Origin: a virus
Lineage: Duplodnaviria; Heunggongvirae; Uroviricota; Caudoviricetes
DNA: 37,702 nucleotides
Virus record (IMG/VR): IMGVR_UViG_2657245588_000004
Direction: 5' to 3' (one strand)
Below the pieces are notes generated by a model. The model was not told where the DNA came from. It did no database searches and worked only from the letters and a program-made list of their open reading frames with translations. This document shows positions 28,883-37,702 of the stretch, in pieces. Within the stretch, counting starts at the first letter, position 1, and every line of letters starts with the position of its first letter. Made by a program: the position numbers and the translations under genes.

Positions 28883-29398
28883 ATGGCTTTACCACGCAAA
28901 TTAAAACACCTGAACCTGTTTAACGACGGGAACAACTGGCAGGGGATCGTTGAGTCGCTGACGCTGCCGAAATTTACCCGCAAATATGAGAAGTATCGCG
29001 GCGGCGGAATGCCGGGTGCGGTGGATGTGGATCTGGGGCTTGATGACTGTGCGCTGGACACAGAATTTTCCATTGGTGGTACTGAATTGCTGCTGTTTAA
29101 ACAGATGGGTAAAGCCACGGTGGATGGCATCCAGCTGCGCTTTACCGGCTCTATTCAGCGTGACGATACCGGGGAAGTGCAGGCCGTGGAGCTTGTCGTG
29201 CGTGGACGTCACAAAGAAGTGGATTCCGGCGAGTGGAAGACGGGCGAAAGCAACACCACCAAAGTGACCAGTACCAACAGCTACGCGAAGCTGACCATCA
29301 ATGGTGAGGTGCTCTATGAAGTGGACCTTATCAACATGGTGGAAATTGTGGACGGTGTGGACCTGATGGAAGCGCACCGCAACGCCCTCGGCCTCTGA
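28883..29398 (+). CDS. FII: Tail tube protein (gpFII-like)
   Basis: 171 aa; synteny. Confidence 0.85.
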   Translation: MALPRKLKHLNLFNDGNNWQGIVESLTLPKFTRKYEKYRGGGMPGAVDVDLGLDDCALDTEFSIGGTELLLFKQMGKATVDGIQLRFTGSIQRDDTGEVQAVELVVRGRHKEVDSGEWKTGESNTTKVTSTNSYAKLTINGEVLYEVDLINMVEIVDGVDLMEAHRNALGL

Positions 29399-29452
29399 TA
29401 TATCTGAACGGCGCGGGATACCGCGCCAGAACCCAATTGACAGGACAGCAAA

Positions 29453-29755
29453 ATGAGCGATAAGCAGACTGAAAAGACCATTCAACTGGATACCCCCATC
29501 AAGCGCGGTAAAACAGAAATCACCGAAATTGTGCTGCGTAAACCGCAGTCCGGTGCGCTGCGCGGTACACGCCTGCAGGCCATTATGGATATGGATGTAA
29601 ACGCGATGATGACCGTGATCCCCCGCATCTCCAGTCCGGCACTGACTGCACAGGAAATTGCAGAGATGGACCCGGCAGATCTCACTGCCATGTCGGTTGA
29701 GGTTGTCACTTTTTTGTTGAAGAAGTCGGTGCTTGCCGGTTTACCGACAGCCTGA
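29453..29755 (+). CDS. E: Tail assembly chaperone (gpE-like)
   Basis: 100 aa; directly upstream of tape measure. Confidence 0.75.
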   Translation: MSDKQTEKTIQLDTPIKRGKTEITEIVLRKPQSGALRGTRLQAIMDMDVNAMMTVIPRISSPALTAQEIAEMDPADLTAMSVEVVTFLLKKSVLAGLPTA

Positions 29756-29889
29756 CGGTTGACGATCTGGTGGCAGATATCGCCACCATTTTTCACTGGC
29801 CGCCATCCGTTACTGACGTTATGCCGCTGACCGAAGTGCTGGAATGGCGGTATAAAGCGATTCAGAGAAGCGGGGCCAACGATGAGTGA
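29710..29889 (+). other. Candidate -1 programmed frameshift: slippery TTTTTTG (29710-29716) giving E+E' extension ending at 29889
   Basis: Heptamer in the E frame read directly; -1 frame stays open for 57 codons to a TGA overlapping T start. Confidence 0.5.
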
Positions 29890-32800
29890 TAACAATCTGC
29901 GTCTGCAGGTCATTCTTAATGCGGTTGACAAGCTCACCCGCCCATTTCGATCTGCGCAGGCCAGTTCAAGAGAACTGGCTGCTGCTGTCAAAAAATCCCG
30001 CGATGCAATAAAGCAGCTTGATCAGGCCGGGAGCAGTCTGGACAGCTTCCGAGAGCTGCAGGCAGAAAATCAGAAATTAGGCGACAGGCTGAACTATGCC
30101 CGCCAGCGTGCAAATTTGCTCAGTCAGGAACTGGGAGCGATGGGGCCGCCTTCGCAACGTCAGGTTGTTGCTCTGGGCCGTCAACGGCTGGCTGTTCAGC
30201 GCCTGGAAGAACGCCAGAAAAAGCTGCAGCAGCAGACGGCGCTTGTGCGTGCTGAACTGTACCGGGCGGGAATTTCTGCGAAAGACGATGCGGGAGCAAC
30301 TGCCCGTTTAGCCCGTGAAACATCACGTTATAACCAGGAACTTTCGAAACAGGAGGCGCGGCTGAAGCGACTGGGGGAAGCTCAGCGCAGGATGAATGCA
30401 GCGCGTGCCAGTTATGCCCGTTCGCTGGAGGTGCGTGATCGTATTGCAGGTGCCGGAGCCACCACCACGGCTGCAGGGCTGGCAATGGGTGCGCCAGTGA
30501 TGGCGGCAGTAAAAAGCTATACCAGCATGGAAGATGCCATGAAAGGTGTGGCAAAGCAGGTCAATGGTCTGCGTGACGATAATGGCAACCGCACTGCACG
30601 TTTTTATGAAATGCAGGATGCCATCAAGGCTGCCAGCGAACAGTTGCCGATGGAAAACGGTGCGGTGGACTTCGCTGCACTGGTTGAAGGTGGTGCGCGC
30701 ATGAACGTCGCAAACCCTGACGACAGCTGGGAAGATCAGAAACGTGACCTGCTGGCCTTCGCCAGTACGGCAGCAAAGGCGGCAACAGCCTTTGAGCTGC
30801 CAGCGGATGAACTGTCAGAAAGTCTGGGGAAAATCGCCCAGCTCTACAAAATCCCCACCCGCAATATTGAACAGCTCGGTGATGCGCTGAACTATCTGGA
30901 TGATAACGCCATGTCGAAAGGGGCAGACATCATTGATGTGATGCAACGTCTGGGCGGTGTGGCTGACCGTCTGGATTATCGTAAAGCGGCGGCGCTGGGT
31001 TCCACCTTCCTGACACTGGGCGCTGCGCCAGAGGTTGCAGCCAGTGCAGCAAACGCGATGGTGCGTGAATTGTCCATTGCCACCATGCAAAGCAAGAGTT
31101 TCTTTGAAGGGATGAATCTGCTGAAACTCAATCCTGAAGTGATTGAAAAGCAGATGACGAAGGATGCGATGGGAACCATCCAGCGCGTGCTGGAGAAGGT
31201 AAACGCGCTGCCGCAGGACAAGCGCCTGTCTGCCATGACTATGTTGTTTGGTAAAGAGTTTGGCGATGACGCGGCGAAACTGGCAAACAACCTGCCGGAA
31301 CTGCAGCGTCAGTTAAAACTGACAGCGGGCAATGATGCGCTCGGCTCCATGCAGAAAGAATCCGACATTAACAAGGATTCACTTTCTGCGCAGTGGTTGC
31401 TGGTCAAAACCGGAGCGCAGAACACCTTCAGCAGCCTGGGCGAAACGCTGCGCCAGCCGCTGATGGATATTCTGTACACGGTGAAAAGCGTCACGGGGGC
31501 GTTGCGTCGCTGGGTGGAAGCTAACCCGGAACTGACAGGCACACTGATGAAAGCATCGGCTGTTGTGGCTGCGGTTACCGTCGGCCTCGGCACCTTAGCG
31601 GTGGCGCTGGCTGCAGTGCTGGGGCCGCTGGCAGTGATCCGTCTGGGATTCTCTGTGTTGGGTATCAAAACGTTATCTTCCGTTACGGCAGCAGTAACTC
31701 GAACCAGCAGCGCGTTGTCCTGGCTGGCTGGCGCGCCACTGGCACTGCTGCGACGCGGGCTTGCTTCATCGGGCAACGCCGCAGGTTTACTTACTGCGCC
31801 GTTGTCGTCTTTGCGCCGCACGGCATCACTGACGGGAAATGTCCTGAAAACTGTAGCAGGTGCGCCGGTTGCACTTTTGCGGTCTGGATTATCCGGTTTA
31901 CGTGCTGTTGCTGTGATGTTTATGAATCCTCTGGCGGTACTGCGCGGTGGACTGGCCGCCGCAGGCACGGTGCTGCGAGTACTGGCATCTGGTCCACTGG
32001 CGATGCTGCGCGTTGCCCTGTATGCCATATCTGGTCTGTTAGGTGCTCTGCTCAGTCCGATAGGTCTTGTGGTTACTGCACTGGCGGGCGTGGCGCTGGT
32101 TGTCTGGAAATACTGGCAACCCATCACCGCATTTCTCGGTGGCGTGGTGGAAGGATTCAAAGCGGCGGCAGGTCCCATCAGTGCAGCGTTCGAACCGCTT
32201 AAGCCCGTGTTCCAGTGGATTGGCGACAAAGTGCAGGCGCTGTGGGGCTGGTTTACTGATCTGCTGACGCCCGTTAAGTCGACCTCTGCCGAACTGCAGA
32301 GCGCAGCGGCCATGGGGCGACGATTCGGGGAGGCACTGGCAGAAGGGCTGAATATGGTCATGCATCCGCTGGACTCCCTGAAATCCGGCGTTTCCTGGTT
32401 GCTGGAGAAACTCGGCATTGTCAGTAAAGAGGCTGCAAAGGCGAAACTGCCGGAAAGCGTGACGCGTCAGCAACCTGCGACGGTGAAGGCAGACGGTAAA
32501 GTGATGATGCCATCGGGTGATTTTCCGTCATGGGGATATGGCTTTGCGGGGATGTATGACAGCGGCGGCTATATCCCGCGCGGGCAGTTTGGCATCGTCG
32601 GTGAAAACGGGCCGGAAATTGTTAACGGCCCGGCAAACGTGACCAGCCGGAGAAATACAGCTGCACTGGCTGCCGTTGTCGCCGGAATGATGGGTGTTGC
32701 TGCCGCGCCAGCAGAGCTTCCACCGTTGCATCCTTTGGCGCTTCCCGCAAAAGGCGGTGAAGCGATGGTGAGTCGTGCAGCTACTGTGCCGCCCATTTAC

Positions 32801-32959
32801 CGGATTGAAGCACCGACGCAGATCATCATCCAGACACAGCCAGGACAAAGTGCGCAGGATATTGCGCGGGAGGTGGCCCGCCAGCTTGATGAACGTGAAC
32901 GCAGGCTGAAGGCAAAAGCCAGGAGTAACTACAGCGATCAGGGGGGATACGACGCATGA
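29882..32959 (+). CDS. T: Tail tape measure protein (gpT-like)
   Basis: 1025 aa; coiled N-terminus, repeated P-L-A-x-L-R segments, Gly-rich C-terminus. Confidence 0.85.
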   Translation: MSDNNLRLQVILNAVDKLTRPFRSAQASSRELAAAVKKSRDAIKQLDQAGSSLDSFRELQAENQKLGDRLNYARQRANLLSQELGAMGPPSQRQVVALGRQRLAVQRLEERQKKLQQQTALVRAELYRAGISAKDDAGATARLARETSRYNQELSKQEARLKRLGEAQRRMNAARASYARSLEVRDRIAGAGATTTAAGLAMGAPVMAAVKSYTSMEDAMKGVAKQVNGLRDDNGNRTARFYEMQDAIKAASEQLPMENGAVDFAALVEGGARMNVANPDDSWEDQKRDLLAFASTAAKAATAFELPADELSESLGKIAQLYKIPTRNIEQLGDALNYLDDNAMSKGADIIDVMQRLGGVADRLDYRKAAALGSTFLTLGAAPEVAASAANAMVRELSIATMQSKSFFEGMNLLKLNPEVIEKQMTKDAMGTIQRVLEKVNALPQDKRLSAMTMLFGKEFGDDAAKLANNLPELQRQLKLTAGNDALGSMQKESDINKDSLSAQWLLVKTGAQNTFSSLGETLRQPLMDILYTVKSVTGALRRWVEANPELTGTLMKASAVVAAVTVGLGTLAVALAAVLGPLAVIRLGFSVLGIKTLSSVTAAVTRTSSALSWLAGAPLALLRRGLASSGNAAGLLTAPLSSLRRTASLTGNVLKTVAGAPVALLRSGLSGLRAVAVMFMNPLAVLRGGLAAAGTVLRVLASGPLAMLRVALYAISGLLGALLSPIGLVVTALAGVALVVWKYWQPITAFLGGVVEGFKAAAGPISAAFEPLKPVFQWIGDKVQALWGWFTDLLTPVKSTSAELQSAAAMGRRFGEALAEGLNMVMHPLDSLKSGVSWLLEKLGIVSKEAAKAKLPESVTRQQPATVKADGKVMMPSGDFPSWGYGFAGMYDSGGYIPRGQFGIVGENGPEIVNGPANVTSRRNTAALAAVVAGMMGVAAAPAELPPLHPLALPAKGGEAMVSRAATVPPIYRIEAPTQIIIQTQPGQSAQDIAREVARQLDERERRLKAKARSNYSDQGGYDA

Positions 32960-33441
32960 TGATGGTGCTGGGATTGTACGTGTTTATGCTGCGCACCGTG
33001 CCATATCAGGAGCTGCAGTATCAACGCAGCTGGCGACATGCGGCAAACAGCCGGGTAAACCGATGTCCGTCCACGCAGTTTCTGGGACCGGACAACGACA
33101 TGCTGACGCTTTCCGGTGTTCTTATGCCGGAGATAACAGGTGGCAGGCTGTCGTTGCTGGCACTGGAGCAGATGGCAGAACAGGGGAAAGCATGGCCCCT
33201 GATTGAAGGCAGTGGCACGATTTATGGCATGTATGTGATTGAGGGACTGAATCAGACTAAAACGGAGTTTTTCCGCGACGGTATGCCGCGCCGGATTGAG
33301 TTCACCCTGTCGCTCAAACGGGTGGATGAATCCCTGTCCGATATATTCGGTGATCTCAGTGCGCAACTGAATAATCTGCAGGACACAGCAACGTCTGCCT
33401 TAAGCGATATCAGTAAAACGGTGGGAGGGCTGCTGTCATGA
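32956..33441 (+). CDS. U: Tail protein gpU-like
   Basis: 161 aa; synteny. Confidence 0.8.
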   Translation: MMMVLGLYVFMLRTVPYQELQYQRSWRHAANSRVNRCPSTQFLGPDNDMLTLSGVLMPEITGGRLSLLALEQMAEQGKAWPLIEGSGTIYGMYVIEGLNQTKTEFFRDGMPRRIEFTLSLKRVDESLSDIFGDLSAQLNNLQDTATSALSDISKTVGGLLS

Positions 33442-34538
33442 ATTTCAGCTCTGAACTGCTTAACAAAGGCAACAAAACTCCCGCATTCAGCATCAGTATT
33501 GAGGGCAGGGATATCACCACTGTGCTGGATAACCGCCTGATGAGTTTGACGCTGACGGACAATCGGGGCTTTGAAGCGGACCAGCTTGATCTGGAGCTGG
33601 ACGACGCCGACGGAAAAATCGTGCTGCCGCGCCGTGGTGCGGTCATTACGCTGGCGCTGGGCTGGAAGGGGCAGCCGCTTTTCCCGAAAGGGGCATTCAC
33701 GGTGGACGAGATTGAACACACTGGCGCACCGGACCGCCTGACTATCCGGGCGCGAAGTGCTGATTTTCGTGAAACACTGAATACCCGTCGTGAAAAGTCG
33801 TGGCACAAGACCACCGTTGGGGAAGTGGTGAAGGAAATAGCTGCGCGGCACAAACTGAAGATGGCATTGGGTAAAGACCTGTCAGATAAACCCGTGGAAC
33901 ATATAGATCAGACCAATGAGAGTGACGGCAGTTTTCTGATGCGGCTGGCGCGCCAGTACGGTGCTATTGCGTCGGTGAAAAATGGCAATCTGTTATTCAT
34001 CCGACAGGGGCAGGGTAAAAGCGCCAGTGGTAAACCACTACCGGTTATCACTATCACACGTAAGGACGGCGACAGTCACCGCTTTACCCTGGCAGATCGC
34101 GGAGCTTACACGGGCGTAATTGCCAGCTGGTTGCATACCCGCGAACCCGCGAAGAAAGAAAGCACCGCGGTGAAGCGTAAGCGCAGGACTAAGAAGCAGA
34201 AGAAAGAGCCGGAAACGAAGCAGGGCGATTATCTGGTGGGTACGGATGAAAACGTGCTGGTACTTAATCGCACCTATGCTAATCGGAGTAACGCCGAACG
34301 GGCAGCGAAAATGCAGTGGGAACGCCTGCAACGCGGCGTTGCGTCATTCTCGCTACAACTGGCGGAAGGGCGGGCAGATCTCTACACGGAAATGCCAGTG
34401 AAAGTCAGTGGCTTTAAACAGCCGATAGATGATGCGGAATGGACCATTACGACTCTGACGCATACCGTCAACCCCGATAACGGTTTTACAACCAGTCTGG
34501 AGCTTGAAGTGAGGATTGATGATTTCGAAATGGAATGA
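33438..34538 (+). CDS. D: Tail protein gpD-like (late control D)
   Basis: 366 aa; synteny. Confidence 0.8.
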   Translation: MNFSSELLNKGNKTPAFSISIEGRDITTVLDNRLMSLTLTDNRGFEADQLDLELDDADGKIVLPRRGAVITLALGWKGQPLFPKGAFTVDEIEHTGAPDRLTIRARSADFRETLNTRREKSWHKTTVGEVVKEIAARHKLKMALGKDLSDKPVEHIDQTNESDGSFLMRLARQYGAIASVKNGNLLFIRQGQGKSASGKPLPVITITRKDGDSHRFTLADRGAYTGVIASWLHTREPAKKESTAVKRKRRTKKQKKEPETKQGDYLVGTDENVLVLNRTYANRSNAERAAKMQWERLQRGVASFSLQLAEGRADLYTEMPVKVSGFKQPIDDAEWTITTLTHTVNPDNGFTTSLELEVRIDDFEME

Positions 34539-34628
34539 TTCTTCGCAATGGAGAACTTTTAAGTTTGCAAAATGGAATAATGCGGTATCATTATTGTGAA
34601 TTTAGCAAAAATGGGGAGAATTCGAAAA

Positions 34629-34847
34629 ATGATGATTTGCCCACTGTGTGGAAGTGCCGCCCATACTCGCAGCAGTTTTCAGGTATCTTCATTGACCAAA
34701 GAGCGTTACAACCAGTGCCAGAACATTAACTGCAGCCATACTTTTGTTACCCATGAAACTTTTGTTCGTTCGATTGCAACGCCAAAAGAGTCAAATCCGG
34801 TTCAGCCACATCCAATGAAATCAGGACAGGTGGCGCTCTCTCTTTGA
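34629..34847 (+). CDS. ogr: Ogr/Delta-type zinc-finger late transcription activator
   Basis: 72 aa from ATG 34629; CPLCGSAAH...CQNINCSHTF matches the recalled Ogr Cys pattern; track start 34596 is GTG. Confidence 0.8.
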   Translation: MMICPLCGSAAHTRSSFQVSSLTKERYNQCQNINCSHTFVTHETFVRSIATPKESNPVQPHPMKSGQVALSL

Positions 34848-34933
34848 CGCTGCCGCCATTTTGTCGCCATCGTTAAAAAACAGTGTTTCTAACATCATGA
34901 TTTTAAACAGCTTAAATTTCAGGCAACAAAAAA

Positions 34934-34970
34934 CCCATCAACCTTGAACCGAAATGGCGGGGTTGATGGG
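34934..34970 (-). terminator. Hairpin CCCATCAACC...GGTTGATGGG followed by T-run on minus strand; likely terminator of the downstream host transporter gene
   Basis: Inverted repeat read directly; 17-nt loop is long, so moderate. Confidence 0.4.
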
Positions 34971-35082
34971 CTCCACAAAATGGGGACATCAAAGAAAAGC
35001 AGTGGCACTAATTAAGACTGATGCCCTGCGGAAAAGTTCTGCGGTTGTGCAAAAAAATTTCATTTTCAGGGCAACTTCAGTT

Positions 35083-36768
35083 TTATCCTAATCCTGGCCA
35101 TACCATGACGATGATTGTCCCTGCCAGCGTCAGCAGGACGTTGGCGATTGCATAGGTGCCCGCATAGCCCAGCGCCGGGATGTTACTGCGAGCTGTATCA
35201 CTGATGATCTCCATTGCCGGCGCGCAGGTACGTGCGCCCATCATTGCGCCGAACAACAGCGCGCGGTTCATTCGCAATACATAAGCACCGAACAAGAAAC
35301 AGATAACCACGGGCACCAGACTGACAATCAATCCGGCAATCAACATCTGACCGCCAATCGCGCCCAGGCCGTTATTAATACCGCTACCGGCGCTCAGACC
35401 AACGCCTGCCATAAACACCATCAAGCCGAACTCTTTCACCATGCTTAATGCACCCTGCGGAATGTAACCGAAGGTCGGGTGGTTAGCACGCATAAAGCCC
35501 AGCATAATTCCGGCGAATAACAACCCGGCAGCGTTCCCCATGCCGAAACTGAATGTGCTGAACTGGAAGGTGATCATCCCGATCATCAGCCCAATAACAA
35601 AGAAGGCGCAGAATGCCAGCAGGTCAGTGACCTGGCTGTGAATCGAGATAAAGCCGATGCGATCGGCGATGGTTTTTACGCGGCGGGCATCGCCGCTGAC
35701 TTGTAAAACGTCACCTTTGTTAAGCACGACGTTGTCATCTATCGGCATCTCAATCTGGCTACGAATGACGCGGTTAAGGAAGCAACCGTGATCGGTCAAC
35801 TTCAGTTGTGCGAGACGTTTACCTACAGCGTTATGGTTTTTAACGACCACTTCTTCAGTGACGATACGCATGTCGAGAAGGTCACGATCGAAAACTTCTT
35901 TACCGTTACGGAAGCTGGGATCGAGTCGGGCATGGGCGTCGGGATAGCCTACCAACGCTATTTCATCGCCCATTTGTAGCACGGCATCACCGTCTGGATT
36001 TGCCAGAATCCCGTTACGTCGAATACGTTCAATGTAGCAGCCGGTTTGTCGATAAATACCCAGTTCACGCAGATTTTTGCCGTCGGTCCAGGCCACCAGT
36101 TCCGGGCCGACGCGATAGGCGCGGATCACCGGTAAATAAACCTTACGGTTGGCATCAGTGTCCAGGCCACGTTCGCGGGCGATTTGCTGGGCGCTGGTCT
36201 GTAAGTCCTGATGCTGCAATTTCGGCAAGTAACGCGCACCAACAATCAAACTCACCAGACCGATTAAATAGGTTAAGGCATACCCGAGGCTCAGATTATC
36301 CAGTGCCAGTGAGAGCTGCCTGCTTTCCATGCCGGAATGACGCAGTGTATCGCCAGCACCGACCAGAACCGGTGTCGACGTCATAGAGCCTGCTAACATA
36401 CCGGCCGTCAGGCCAATATCCCAGCCAAACAGCTTACCTAACCCTAAGGCGATCACCAGCGCACTGCCAACCATCACCAGTGCTAACATTAGGTAATTTT
36501 TCCCATCGCGAAAAAAAATGGAAAAAAAGTTCGGTCCGGCTTCGACCCCGACGCAGAAAATAAACAGCATAAAGCCAAGATTAAGCGCATCGGTGTTAAT
36601 GCTGAAATGTTGTTGGCCTAATAACAGCGATACGACTAAAACGCCAATGGAATTACCCAGTTGGATCGAACCAAGTCGTAACTTTCCGAGACATAGCCCA
36701 AGCGCGAGGACCACAAATAATAACAGAATGTAATTCCCATTTAACAATTCGGCGACGTTTATATTCAC
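35083..36768 (-). CDS. ybjL: Host putative transport protein, YbjL-like (AAE transporter family)
   Basis: 561 aa; polytopic membrane N- and C-terminal halves with a central soluble region; recognised from memory as E. coli YbjL; GTG start. Confidence 0.85.
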
Positions 36769-37037
36769 GGAGGCTAACTTCTTGTTTACTAGTAAGCTGT
36801 TGAAAGAAATGGTAATTTACGATAATGTTTTTTACCAGAATTCAGGGCGCAGATTCATTCAGCGCACCTAAACGATAGTAAAGTAACAATATATTTTACT
36901 AGTGTAATCACATTAGGTATCAACGGCTATATGAATTGCGTTGGCCTATATTAGCATGGAATGCGAAGCGGCTTTATCTTACTGAACGCCACACTGGCGA
37001 AAAATGTGTTCGATAGACGCAGTGTCAGGAGGAACGA

Positions 37038-37415
37038 GTGAAACATAAACAACGTTGGGCGGGGGCAATCTGCTGTTTTGTCCTCTTCATTGTGGTGTGC
37101 CTTTTTCTGGCGACGCACATGAAAGGCGCTTTTCGGGCTGCCGGGCATCCTGAAATCGGCTTGCTATTTTTCATTCTTCCTGGAGCAGTCGCCAGCTTCT
37201 TTTCACAGCGTAGAGAAGTCCTGAAACCTCTGTTTGGCGCAATGCTGGCGGCACCCTGTTCGATGCTCATTATGCGGCTGTTTTTTTCACCGACGCGCTC
37301 ATTCTGGCAAGAGCTGGCATGGTTACTAAGCGCGGTGTTCTGGTGTGCGCTGGGGGCACTGTGTTTCTTATTTATCAGTAGTTTGTTTAAACCACAGCAC
37401 AGAAAAAATCAGTAA
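37038..37415 (+). CDS. ybjM: Host inner membrane protein, YbjM-like
   Basis: 125 aa; four hydrophobic segments; AGGAGG RBS, GTG start; between ybjL and grxA as in E. coli K-12 (recalled). Confidence 0.75.
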   Translation: MKHKQRWAGAICCFVLFIVVCLFLATHMKGAFRAAGHPEIGLLFFILPGAVASFFSQRREVLKPLFGAMLAAPCSMLIMRLFFSPTRSFWQELAWLLSAVFWCALGALCFLFISSLFKPQHRKNQ

Positions 37416-37444
37416 AGCCCTCAACGCGAGGGCTTGTCAGACGA

Positions 37445-37702
37445 TCAGGCGTCCAGATTTTCTTTCACCCATGCAGCAAAATCGGTATAGCCGCCGATAT
37501 GTTGCTGATCGACAAAAATCTGCGGCACGGTTTCTACGGGTTTACCTGCCTTTTGTTGTAGATCTTCTTTAGTGATCCCTTCCGCACGAATATCTACATA
37601 CTGATACTGAAAATCATCGCGTTCATTGCTCAATTTCTCAGCCAGATCTTTTGCACGCACACAGTAAGGGCAACCCGAACGACCAAAAATAACGGTTTGC
37701 AT
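37445..37702 (-). CDS. grxA: Glutaredoxin 1
   Basis: 85 aa; CPYC active site (GRSGCPYCVRAK); ATG at the last bases of the window. Confidence 0.9.
   Translation of the reverse strand: MQTVIFGRSGCPYCVRAKDLAEKLSNERDDFQYQYVDIRAEGITKEDLQQKAGKPVETVPQIFVDQQHIGGYTDFAAWVKENLDA

Larger units (their letters stand above)
1..34900. mobile_element. P2/186-family myovirus prophage; left end truncated by the window (window begins at the int stop codon), right end approximate
   Basis: Conserved P2 gene order from int to ogr seen in the translations; host-like genes follow from about 35,083. Exact attR not determined. Confidence 0.85.

Noticed and set aside
28172-29485. Minus-strand ORFs (142 and 194 aa) within the sheath and tube genes
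   Set aside because: Antisense to highly conserved tail genes; Cys/His/Arg-rich junk-like translations.
31309-32473. Two long minus-strand ORFs (369 and 144 aa) inside the tape measure gene
   Set aside because: Antisense to a 1025-aa conserved structural gene; Ser/Ala/Pro/Arg-rich translations without motifs.
1-37702. CRISPR arrays, tRNA/rRNA genes, insertion sequences
   Set aside because: No regularly spaced direct repeats, no tRNA-like cloverleaf candidates near the prophage end, and no transposase-like ORFs were seen by eye; a proper tRNA and repeat scan was not run.

Overview
The window is almost entirely a P2/186-family temperate myovirus prophage (about 1 to 34,900), followed by host genes that look like enterobacterial ybjL, ybjM and grxA. 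It starts exactly at the stop codon of the prophage integrase, so attL lies outside the window. The backbone follows P2/186 order: int, CI-like repressor, Apl/Cox-like and CII-like regulators, TraR-like zinc finger, Dam methylase, replication protein A, an SOS-type module, candidate cos, then portal, terminase, capsid, lysis, tail and Ogr genes. Three visibly AT-rich accessory islands interrupt this backbone and are the most interesting content: (i) a membrane-anchored coiled-coil protein with a C-terminal GIY-YIG (T5orf172-like) domain between int and the repressor; (ii) a protein with an HEPN-like Rx4H motif between the candidate cos and the portal gene; (iii) an ABC-ATPase plus Toprim-like two-gene operon (PARIS/AbiL-like architecture) between tail genes S and V. 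A Pin/Gin-family serine invertase with an inverted alternative tail-fibre cassette sits between the tail fibre and sheath genes. All calls rest on reading the translations and motifs by eye; no homology search, GC calculation or repeat search was run, and several start codons were moved from the ORF-track coordinates where the first codon was GTG/TTG.
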